From IMG/VR virus record IMGVR_UViG_3300029766_000013: DNA of 40,859 nucleotides; one strand, written 5' to 3'. The notes under the pieces are model-generated. The model worked only from the letters and a program-made list of their open reading frames with translations. It did no database searches and was not told the origin of the DNA. This stretch comes from a virus. Made by a program: the position numbers and the translations under genes. Below, one piece after another: positions 1 through 7,304 of the stretch (within the stretch, counting starts at the first letter, position 1; every line of letters begins with the position of its first letter).

Positions 1-99
1 ATCTTAGATGGGGCAGAATTTACATATGTATGTAAAAAGAAAAAGACTGATCATTCACTGCAGATCGAACAGTTACAAAAAGAAATCAGTAAGCTCACC
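1..99. repeat. Terminal direct repeat, identical to 40761-40859 (circular-contig overlap)
   Basis: Both copies read atcttagatggggcagaatt...cagtaagctcacc base for base. The overlap lies inside one ORF and preserves its frame. Confidence 0.97.
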
Positions 100-411
100 A
101 TGAGAGAAAGCAGAATCAAAGAGGCTTATGAGGCAGGCGTAGATACTCTGGAAGAATATAAGAATAATAAGGATCGTCTGGTATCAGATCGGTTAGAATT
201 GACTGCTGCCCTTTCACAGCTATTGCAGGAAGAGCAGGCAGAGCAGCCTGACGCAGAAGAAATCCTGAAAGAGATCCGTTCTGTTGCGGATGTCCTGAAG
301 AATCCAGACGTAGGTTACGAAGAAAAAGGAAATCTGATCAGAAGTGTTGTGGAACAGATCATATATGATAAGGAATCCGGAAAAATGTCTTTTGACATCA
401 TTATTTCCTGA
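1..411 (+). CDS. int: Large serine recombinase (integrase), C-terminal part; the 5' part is 39756..40859
   Basis: Frame 1 is open from base 1 (ILDGAEFTYVCKKKKTDHSLQIEQLQKEISKLT) and runs into listed ORF 100..411. The helical tail is typical of large serine recombinases. Stop TGA at 409-411. Confidence 0.9.
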   Translation: MLDGAEFTYVCKKKKTDHSLQIEQLQKEISKLTMRESRIKEAYEAGVDTLEEYKNNKDRLVSDRLELTAALSQLLQEEQAEQPDAEEILKEIRSVADVLKNPDVGYEEKGNLIRSVVEQIIYDKESGKMSFDIIIS

Positions 412-420
412 ATTGAAAAT

Positions 421-504
421 CCCGCAAACCCGCATAAACACTAGGGTTGCGGAACTATTATAGGGTACTGCACTCCGGTGGCCCGGATAGCAATACCCTA
501 TAAT
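421..504. other. Nested inverted repeats 3' of int; candidate attP or RNA structure
   Basis: CCGCAAACCC (422-431) pairs with GGGTTGCGG (444-452). ATTATAGGGTA (457-467) pairs with TACCCTATAAT (494-504), a perfect 11-bp inverted repeat enclosing TCCGG-tggc-CCGGA. Confidence 0.3.
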
Positions 505-520
505 ATAAAAATACCGAAAA

Positions 521-535
521 ATGATACAATATCTT
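521..535 (+). promoter_or_regulatory. Third, oppositely oriented copy of the 15-mer ATGATACAATATCTT (extended -10-like TGaTACAAT)
   Basis: This is the exact reverse complement of AAGATATTGTATCAT at 38952-38966 and 39653-39667. TG at 522-523, TACAAT at 525-530. Confidence 0.35.
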
Positions 536-543
536 ATGGGTAA

Positions 544-573
544 GGGTACTCATTGTACCCATACTCTTTTTTT
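544..573 (+). terminator. Hairpin plus T-run between the convergent int and endolysin genes
   Basis: GGGTAC (544-549), loop tcatt, GTACCC (555-560), then atactc and TTTTTTT (567-573). Confidence 0.6.
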
Positions 574-586
574 ATTTATATTTACT

Positions 587-2020
587 TTAAATCGCAATTA
601 AATCTTTCCAAGTAGTAGATCCGCAAATACCATCCACTTCCAGAACTTCTTTTCTGGATTCCTGATAAGCTTTCAGAGCGTAAATCGTGTTTGCATCTGC
701 TGTCCATGTAAGTTTCAGGGCTTTGCCGTTTTTGCCTTTAAAGCCTCTGGCTCTTAATATTTCCTGTAAGAGAAGCACAGATGTATTTTTGTCTCCTGCT
801 TTTACTGTCTCTGGGTTAAACATGTAGCTGCCTCCTTCTGGGTTTGTTGTCTTGTCTGTTTCATCTTTATCTGCAGATAAAACAATTGAATAGTCCGGTG
901 TACAAAATTTTGTCCCCGGAAGATTACTGTTGTAATAGCTCTTCTGGCACACCCCGCCACCATTTGCCACGATACCGGATGCTCCGGAAGTATTTCCCTC
1001 AATCGTCCAGAACCTGTCTCCGGCTACTTTTGTTACAAAGCCGGTGTGGGTAAATGTATCGCCGTGTTTAAATATAACAATATCTCCAACTTTTGGATTG
1101 GCATTTTTTACAAATAAGACGCCTAAGGTTGGGCAGTATACATACGGCCAGTGTTTTAAGAGTTTCTTTGCATTATCCAGACCAAAAGCTTTCATGAAAC
1201 ACCAGGAGATAAACGCTGCGCACCAGGGCTGCCCCTGATAGGATGGTTTTATATCTCTCCAATATTTTGTATAGTTTGCTGATCCGGCATTTCCAGTCTT
1301 GCTGTCAAGCTTACTGTTATTTTTCTTTTCCAGGTACCCGATCTCTTCTTCTGCAATTCCCAGAACTACGTTGATAGCTTCACTCTTTGTCATGACTGTG
1401 TTTTCCTTTTTTATATCTTTTGCTTCGTTATAATCTTTGTAAAATATATTTCTATCTACAGTTCCGCTGATGCCAGGTATCTTTGCTTTACTGGAATACT
1501 GCCAGCCCACACCAAAGTCCGGCCGGAGTCGTTCCTGTAAAGTACCGTTATCTGATGCCGGATAACGTGCAATCCAGAAATCGTATTTTTTCAGATGGCT
1601 ACAAATTACATTCAGGTACCAATCCACATTGCAATAAATACCAAATTTATATCCCGCTGCCGTGATAATCTTTTCGAATGCTTCTGCCAATTTATGGATC
1701 TGTTCAGCTCCGAGGCTTCTCTGATTATTCCATTCCAGATCCAGCCAGACCGGATACTGCAGTTTTCGCCCGTTCAAAACTTTCACTACTTTTCTGGCTT
1801 CGCTCTGTATCTCCGCAACTGTCATGGCATAACTGTATTTATATGCTCCGGTTGGAATGTTATGTTTCTGACATCCGGAGTAATTTTTCTCAAAGCAGCT
1901 ATCAATCACGTTTCCGGCTTCTGTGATCCGGAGTATTGCAAAGTCCATTCCGTAGTTTGCTACGGTATCCCAGTCGATTGCTCCTTGCCATGCTGAAACA
2001 TCTATTCCTCTTATTTCCAT
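587..2020 (-). CDS. Three-domain endolysin: GH25 muramidase + CHAP amidase/peptidase + PG_binding_1-like domain
   Basis: N-terminus GIDVSAWQGAIDWDTV...DFAILRITEAG is a GH25 signature. The centre has QPWCAAFISW...THTGFV...EGNTS, the CHAP Cys/His pattern. The C-terminus LLLQEILRARGFKG...VDGICGSTTWKDL resembles a peptidoglycan-binding repeat. The gene follows the holin. Confidence 0.9.
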   Translation of the reverse strand: MEIRGIDVSAWQGAIDWDTVANYGMDFAILRITEAGNVIDSCFEKNYSGCQKHNIPTGAYKYSYAMTVAEIQSEARKVVKVLNGRKLQYPVWLDLEWNNQRSLGAEQIHKLAEAFEKIITAAGYKFGIYCNVDWYLNVICSHLKKYDFWIARYPASDNGTLQERLRPDFGVGWQYSSKAKIPGISGTVDRNIFYKDYNEAKDIKKENTVMTKSEAINVVLGIAEEEIGYLEKKNNSKLDSKTGNAGSANYTKYWRDIKPSYQGQPWCAAFISWCFMKAFGLDNAKKLLKHWPYVYCPTLGVLFVKNANPKVGDIVIFKHGDTFTHTGFVTKVAGDRFWTIEGNTSGASGIVANGGGVCQKSYYNSNLPGTKFCTPDYSIVLSADKDETDKTTNPEGGSYMFNPETVKAGDKNTSVLLLQEILRARGFKGKNGKALKLTWTADANTIYALKAYQESRKEVLEVDGICGSTTWKDLIAI

Positions 2021-2076
2021 GTCCGTCTCCTTTCACAGAGAAAATAGGGATTAGGGATGATCACTCATCCCCTGAA

Positions 2077-2376
2077 TCATTCGTCCTTATTTGTCTGTTT
2101 AATGATCTGATTTACGTATGTAGAAAGTCCCGCAATGAGAATTCCCTGCGTGATTGCTGTGAAAATCGCCATTGCAACGTCCTGGCCGGTCCCGCAAGTA
2201 CAAGTGGCAAACACATAGATTGCGCAGATTGCAATACTGATTCCGCCAAGGATGAGCGGGATGTACTTATCTTTTACTGCCTGTGCCTGTTTTAATGCCA
2301 TTCCCACGAAATACAGGGCAATTGCTACTACGATGAGTTCCGGTTTTACATAATTTGTGATCTGTTCCATAGTCAT
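2077..2376 (-). CDS. Holin (Hol44-like, about 3 TM segments)
   Basis: 99 aa with hydrophobic segments LIVVAIALYFVGMAL, IPLILGGISIAICAIYVF and AMAIFTAITQGILIAGL, and a charged C-terminus KQTNKDE. Immediately upstream of the endolysin. Confidence 0.8.
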   Translation of the reverse strand: MTMEQITNYVKPELIVVAIALYFVGMALKQAQAVKDKYIPLILGGISIAICAIYVFATCTCGTGQDVAMAIFTAITQGILIAGLSTYVNQIIKQTNKDE

Positions 2377-2624
2377 TCTCCTTTTCTTTCCAGGTCTTCT
2401 ATTCTATGATTCGCAACCTTAATCTGTTCCTCATGTACACTCATTTTTTCTTCCAGAGCATAAGTTCTTTTGATAAGGTTATTATGTTCATTCACTCTTT
2501 TGGTCAACTCTTCCAGCTTGTACTCCATAAGAGTTCGCGTCTTTTCCTGCTGTGCATTATTGCTGATCACACATACAATTAATGTAACCGCCGCACTGAT
2601 GCAGGCTGAAATGATTGTTTCCAT
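2373..2624 (-). CDS. Small membrane-anchored coiled-coil protein of the lysis cassette (XhlA-like?)
   Basis: N-terminal TM segment (IISACISAAVTLIVCVI) followed by a heptad-like helix (LEELTKRVNEHNNLIKR...RIEDLERK). Has a 4-nt overlap with the holin start and an RBS AGAAAGGAAAAAGAG. Confidence 0.5.
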   Translation of the reverse strand: METIISACISAAVTLIVCVISNNAQQEKTRTLMEYKLEELTKRVNEHNNLIKRTYALEEKMSVHEEQIKVANHRIEDLERKGE

Positions 2625-2642
2625 CTCTTTTTCCTTTCTGGC

Positions 2643-2660
2643 AATTGCGCCGGCGCAATT
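2643..2660. repeat. Perfect 18-bp palindrome AATTGCGCCGGCGCAATT (copy 1, intergenic)
   Basis: Read directly. Lies between the fibre stop (2716) and the RBS of gene 2373..2624. The core 16-mer recurs at 10171 and 27997, with degenerate copies at 19066 and 31496. Confidence 0.9.
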
Positions 2661-2715
2661 TGGGTAAAATAAAAAGAACCTTTCGGTTGTGCTCTGATCT
2701 TCTTCATGTGTTCTC

Positions 2716-5208
2716 CTATGCTGCAGTTACCTGCCAGTCAAATTCCAGATCCGGGGTTCCTGTTACAATGAAACTGTTTCTGTCTTTTTTAGATATGTAA
2801 AGATCTCCTTTTCCATATTTCGTGAGGGTTATGTAATATTGGCTTTCTATTGCATTAAGCAGGATGATGCATTTGCCATCTTCATTTAAGATTCCATGAC
2901 CATGTTCTGGATAAAGTTGCTGGATAGCCGCAACCATATATGGAATTAACATACGTTCATTCCAGTCTTCCACCTGATCATTCTGATATCGGGCAGCTGC
3001 AGGCAACAGATCATTCATATCTTCTGCATAGAAACCTGGAATTGGTTTATTGTACATCCTATCTTCTTTCGAAAGGTAGCCTTCTTTATATTCAAACCAA
3101 ACCACCGGTATCTTCCAAAACATGTCAATATCAGTTTTATCCATATATCGAACATGTTTTTTATACCTTTTCGATGAAGATGGTGCATAAGCTAAAGTTG
3201 CTCCATCAGATGCAAATACTACATGTCCACCCTGCGAGTAATGTACACAATTAAAAAGTTTTGGCGGCTCTGTAAATGATGCAATATTATTAAAGGTTGT
3301 AGTCCCATTAAATGTTGTTTGATATTTAAACGCAATCATTGAACCAAAGTATACACTCGAATTAAGATTAACATCCGCATTAAAGTCAACAGTATCTGTA
3401 AATGTAACCGGATCTATAAATTTAGCCGGATCTTCAATTTTGATTTCTTTTCCTGCCTGCAGGTGCAAATAATCCATACCTTTTAGTGAAGCATGACGTG
3501 CATTATCAGAATAATACGCCGACATATCCAAAAGTCCAGTTTGTGTATCACCCATATATCCTTTAATAACGCCTTCTTCTACTTTTGTAATCTTATAGGA
3601 ACTATACCAGGCTTGTTTTGTTTCAAAACTACCTTGTATCGCAGCTCCTGTACAGGTCAATTTTCCAGCTTCAGTCATAGAGGAATAATCACTCTGCCAC
3701 ATTATTTTCTTGGCCTGCAGGCGAATGCTGTCTGCTGATTGCTCTATCAGGGAACTTACTTCTGATTTGGTGACCGTTTCTATTCTCTGCCAGAAAGATG
3801 TATTCGTACCTACAGCAGGGCCTGTACATTTCCAGAGCTGATTGACGTTATTTCCATAATTGCCATGACTGCTCTCCGGATATGTTTCAGCGCTCAAAAT
3901 TGTTGCTGTATATCCAGGAAGTCCATCTGCTGATCCGGTCTTTGTTCCAGCTCCCTGAGTAACAGAATCAATCTTGAATCCATAGAAAGAATCCTGACTG
4001 CCATCTGTATGCCAGTATACATAGAATTCCTGAGTTGGTACATAAACAGTCGCTCCTGCAATACTGGTTCCACCCAGCTTTGCAGCACACTTCATCGTTC
4101 CATTATCATTATAAAAAATTTTCACATAGTCATAAGTTGTACTCTCTGTCCTACAATTTTCTGAAAACTTTATGATAAGGCCTGTATCACCGTAAAAATA
4201 CCTGTAGGTATTTCCTGTAGTAGTTTGGATATAGATGTCTCCATTATGCTGTTTTTTCAGGTCCTCTGTTGTCCAGGAAGATGCCGGGGCATTACTGGTT
4301 GTTGGAATATCCAGGCCATAGAAATTACCGTTTTTCTGGTCTATAGTTTCTCCTAAAGATTCCACTCGAGATGTTATTTTATTGGCAGATACCTCAATAG
4401 CAGCATTCATCGCTGCCGTGGTTGCATAGCTTTTTAATGTATCATTCTTTACATAGCTTTCAGAAACTGCCAAGGAAATGCTGTCAGCTGACTGCTTTAT
4501 TGCTGAATTCATCTCTACAGTTGTGCTGTATTTCTTTAATTTCTCATCTGTAGATTCCTGGGCAAGTTTTAAAGCTTCTTCCTGAGCTGCCTTTGCGGCA
4601 TCCTGTCCCGCTTTCGTGGCTGTGGTCTGCGCATCTGAAGCATATCCTTGTGCCTGCTGCCTTAGAGTTTCCTGCGCAACTGTCAAATTTTCAGTTGTTG
4701 CATATGTCTTTGATACTGTAGTTGATAAGCCGTCTACGCTGGCTTTTATTGCTGCATTCATCGCCTCTGTCGTACTATAATTTTCTGACAGTCTTGTATT
4801 TACTGCAGTAATGTTCGCAGATAAACCATCTACTCCTCTCTTGTATTCCGCTACTTTTGCATCAAGAGCGCTGTACTGACCAGTTACCGTATCATACTTT
4901 GTTGTCAGATCCGAGAAGCTTTCTGTCAGACCAGATACATCCATCTGAACACTTGCTAACTTGCTGTACATGGTTTCTTTACTGTTCTGTAATTCAACCA
5001 GTTCACTCTCGCTGATCAGAGCTGAAATCTTTCCCTGAGTAATAGAAATACTTGTTTCGTTTGCCTGAAAACGTTTCAGGATGGCATCCTTGGCATATAT
5101 GTTGATTTCCTTTTCAAATATCACACCGCCTTCCTCCTTTTCTGGAAAAATCCATAATAAAAGACATCCTAGATGGATGCCTTTTAGCATAGGTTTTTCT
5201 TTAATCAA
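2716..5208 (-). CDS. Tail fibre with a coiled-coil shaft and a C-terminal S74-type intramolecular chaperone domain
   Basis: Repeats of the YSTTxxMNAAIKxS type are present. The C-terminal stretch SSSKRYKKHVRYMD...PVVWFEYKEG...GFYAEDM...IPYMVAAIQQL matches the Peptidase_S74 pattern. The longest ORF begins at a TTG (5208), but GTG at 5124 preceded by AGGAGGAAGGCG is the more likely start. Confidence 0.8.
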   Translation of the reverse strand: MIKEKPMLKGIHLGCLLLWIFPEKEEGGVIFEKEINIYAKDAILKRFQANETSISITQGKISALISESELVELQNSKETMYSKLASVQMDVSGLTESFSDLTTKYDTVTGQYSALDAKVAEYKRGVDGLSANITAVNTRLSENYSTTEAMNAAIKASVDGLSTTVSKTYATTENLTVAQETLRQQAQGYASDAQTTATKAGQDAAKAAQEEALKLAQESTDEKLKKYSTTVEMNSAIKQSADSISLAVSESYVKNDTLKSYATTAAMNAAIEVSANKITSRVESLGETIDQKNGNFYGLDIPTTSNAPASSWTTEDLKKQHNGDIYIQTTTGNTYRYFYGDTGLIIKFSENCRTESTTYDYVKIFYNDNGTMKCAAKLGGTSIAGATVYVPTQEFYVYWHTDGSQDSFYGFKIDSVTQGAGTKTGSADGLPGYTATILSAETYPESSHGNYGNNVNQLWKCTGPAVGTNTSFWQRIETVTKSEVSSLIEQSADSIRLQAKKIMWQSDYSSMTEAGKLTCTGAAIQGSFETKQAWYSSYKITKVEEGVIKGYMGDTQTGLLDMSAYYSDNARHASLKGMDYLHLQAGKEIKIEDPAKFIDPVTFTDTVDFNADVNLNSSVYFGSMIAFKYQTTFNGTTTFNNIASFTEPPKLFNCVHYSQGGHVVFASDGATLAYAPSSSKRYKKHVRYMDKTDIDMFWKIPVVWFEYKEGYLSKEDRMYNKPIPGFYAEDMNDLLPAAARYQNDQVEDWNERMLIPYMVAAIQQLYPEHGHGILNEDGKCIILLNAIESQYYITLTKYGKGDLYISKKDRNSFIVTGTPDLEFDWQVTAA

Positions 5209-5216
5209 ATAGTAAG
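5203..5216. repeat. Left inverted repeat of the predicted invertible segment (AATCAAATAGTAAG)
   Basis: 13 of 14 positions match the reverse complement of 7056-7069 (AATTAAATAGTAAG). The 10-bp core AAATAGTAAG is identical. Confidence 0.7.
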
Positions 5217-5531
5217 GCTGGGACGATTTACAGCAAGGGTATTACAAATTATGGAGCTGCATACGATGCAGTAGTAATACATTCACCTGATATTTCAGTG
5301 AGAGAATTAGGCTTATTTGTAATGCTTGCTGGAAGCGAAAGCAATCAATTTGGGGCGTTTATTTACGGTGTGTCGGATAACAAAGTAAAACGCACAGAGA
5401 TAATAAATAATGGAAATGTATCAGTTACAGGTGACCCGACAGGTAATAGCATAACCATAAAAATCGGGAATTGGGGCAGAGGTGTTGTTTTTTCATATGC
5501 TCGATTCGATATAGAAATAAAAAAATTATAG
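5205..5531 (+). other. Silent, start-less alternative C-terminal cassette for the tail-tip gene 6768..7280
   Basis: The frame is open from 5205 (SNSKAGTIYSKGITNYGAAYDAVVIHSPDISVRELGLF...NSITIKIGNWGRGVVFSYARFDIEIKKL*). No RBS or plausible start precedes the repeat. AAT AGT AAG is in the same codon phase as N73-S74-K75 of the expressed gene. Confidence 0.65.
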
Positions 5532-5664
5532 TCTTCCCATTTCCTCTAATAACACCCATTTCAAAATGCTTCCATTTTCTGCTATTATTTTCAACATTTC
5601 TTATCACGCAAAATAGACCACCATTTCTGGCAGTCTCAAAAATTCCGTATGAAATCGTTCCTGG

Positions 5665-6696
5665 TTATGAAATGTATCGTCTAAAGGATGCTTTTACATT
5701 CTCTTCACTGACTGTTACGTACATCATCGTTGTATCCGGTTTTTGATGTCCTGCATACATTTGAATTTCCTGTAAAGGGATTCCTCTGTTGCCTGCATCT
5801 GTCAATAATGTTCTCCTGAACTTATGTGGATGAGCATGAATCTCTGTCTTGTTTCCTAAAGTCCTGAGCATGGACTGTATCGCCTGTTTGCCCAATCTTG
5901 TATGTGGTTGCTTGTTGCTCACAAATAGAGCTGGATTATTATCTTCTCTGGTAGACAGATATTTCTGCAAGTGATATGCGCAATCATCTGTCAGGTATAC
6001 TCTTCTCTCCTTTTTGCCTTTTTCTCCATATATGATTACCTCTTTGTTTCCCCAATCTATATCCTTTCGGTCCAGTCGCACCACCTCTCCTATTCTGGCT
6101 GCGGTACTGTATAAAAACGCCATAATCGCTATATCTCTCTGGCATCCGGCATTACAGCGTAGATGCTCCATTTCAGCTTGTGAGAATGGTTTCTTGATCA
6201 TTCTTGGTACCTTGATTTTCTTGAGTCTTCGTATGGGATTTCGGGATATGTATCCTTCATCACTGATCCATGCAAAGAAACTGCTTAGATACCTTCTGAT
6301 TGTATCCATGTAGCTCATGGAGATCTTGCGCTGTTCCTGATACATGGCCAGATAATAGCGGATGTCATTTGTTGTGATGTCCTGTAGTCTCTTATTCAGA
6401 GATGTAACCAACTTGGTTACACAATCCTTATAACGTTCTAATGTTCCTATGCTGCAGTTTTCTATTCGTTTACTGGCAATAAACGTTCGGAGAATTTTTT
6501 CCCAATGACTCTCTGATGTGACCAGCTGAGTACATTCCTGCTGCACTTCAATTCCATGAAATTCTATCGCCATTACATTCTCTAATTTCTGTAATTGCTC
6601 ATTTGACAGAATTTCCTGCATTTGTTCCAGTATTCTATTCTGGATCTGTTCTATATTTGTCAAAATAATGCACCTCCTACAGGACAATTCTGCCAT
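5665..6696 (-). CDS. Tyrosine recombinase (XerC/D / phage-integrase family), predicted invertase
   Basis: Catalytic pattern seen: ...STAARIGEV (Arg), HPHKFRRT (H-x-x-R), YAGHQ (His), TTMMYV (Tyr). N-terminal SAM-like core-binding region present (TLERYKDCV...YLSSFFAW). An alternative start is TTG 6663 behind GGAGGTG. Confidence 0.9.
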   Translation of the reverse strand: MAELSCRRCIILTNIEQIQNRILEQMQEILSNEQLQKLENVMAIEFHGIEVQQECTQLVTSESHWEKILRTFIASKRIENCSIGTLERYKDCVTKLVTSLNKRLQDITTNDIRYYLAMYQEQRKISMSYMDTIRRYLSSFFAWISDEGYISRNPIRRLKKIKVPRMIKKPFSQAEMEHLRCNAGCQRDIAIMAFLYSTAARIGEVVRLDRKDIDWGNKEVIIYGEKGKKERRVYLTDDCAYHLQKYLSTREDNNPALFVSNKQPHTRLGKQAIQSMLRTLGNKTEIHAHPHKFRRTLLTDAGNRGIPLQEIQMYAGHQKPDTTMMYVTVSEENVKASFRRYIS

Positions 6697-6767
6697 ATAA
6701 GAGGTACCTTTACAATTTGTTCATCCCTAAATTAAATGGGAAGTCATATCAAAACGGGTGTTACTAT

Positions 6768-7280
6768 CTAACTTATAGTCACAGACTCCAAGCAGATTAA
6801 AAGTGCTGTGCTCCAGGAGCCAAGTGTCACTTTTAATGTTGCCGAAGAAGCATCAAGTACGGGTGGTACTGCGTATTCAGATTTTTTTGATATTTCTGTC
6901 ACTCCCGACAGCTTTCCTGTTATGTATAAAGAGGTAATGCGGTTGTTATCAATTAGTAGAAACGAAGTCATATGACTGTTTGTATCACCCCATTTTACGC
7001 TTACTGTTTTGGTAGAGCCATCACTATATATAATATAACTATTGGCCTTGAACCGCTTACTATTTAATTGGTTTAAAGCCTGCAAAAGTGTCAGATTTCC
7101 CTGATCCAGAGCGAATGTCTGGGAGGTCAGATTTTGTAATATCTGTTTTGAGAGGTTTTCTAATGTGATGATCCCACCTTCGTTGGTGTCTGGATCGGTG
7201 AAGATGAGTTTCTTTCCAGTTGGGATGGTTGTTACTTCCGGGAGGGTGTTGGCTGCTACGCTTTCTTCTGGTAATGACAT
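6768..7280 (-). CDS. Small tail-tip / receptor-binding-like protein with a constant N-terminus (aa 1-75) and exchangeable C-terminus (aa 76-170)
   Basis: Lies directly after Tal, with RBS AGAAAGGAAACACT. The right inverted repeat sits at codons 73-75. The C-terminal part resembles the silent cassette (ATLKVTLGSWSTALLICLESVTI versus NSITIKIGNWGRGVVFSYARFDIEI). Confidence 0.6.
   Translation of the reverse strand: MSLPEESVAANTLPEVTTIPTGKKLIFTDPDTNEGGIITLENLSKQILQNLTSQTFALDQGNLTLLQALNQLNSKRFKANSYIIYSDGSTKTVSVKWGDTNSHMTSFLLIDNNRITSLYITGKLSGVTEISKKSEYAVPPVLDASSATLKVTLGSWSTALLICLESVTIS
7056..7069. repeat. Right inverted repeat of the predicted invertible segment
   Basis: The plus strand reads CTTACTATTTAATT, whose reverse complement is AATTAAATAGTAAG. 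It lies inside CDS 6768..7280. Confidence 0.7.
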
Positions 7281-7304
7281 AGTGTTTCCTTTCTGGCATG
7301 TGCC

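Noticed and set aside
5125-5208. TTG-initiated 28-codon N-terminal extension of the tail fibre ORF
   Set aside because: It has no RBS and gives a hydrophobic, odd peptide. GTG 5124 behind AGGAGG is the plausible start. The extension also overlaps the left inversion repeat.
5665-6696. Tyrosine recombinase as the phage integrase or as part of an inserted mobile element
   Set aside because: A complete serine integrase sits in the lysogeny module. This gene sits among the tail genes, flanked by inverted rather than direct repeats, with a matching silent cassette. An invertase role fits better, though it is not proven.
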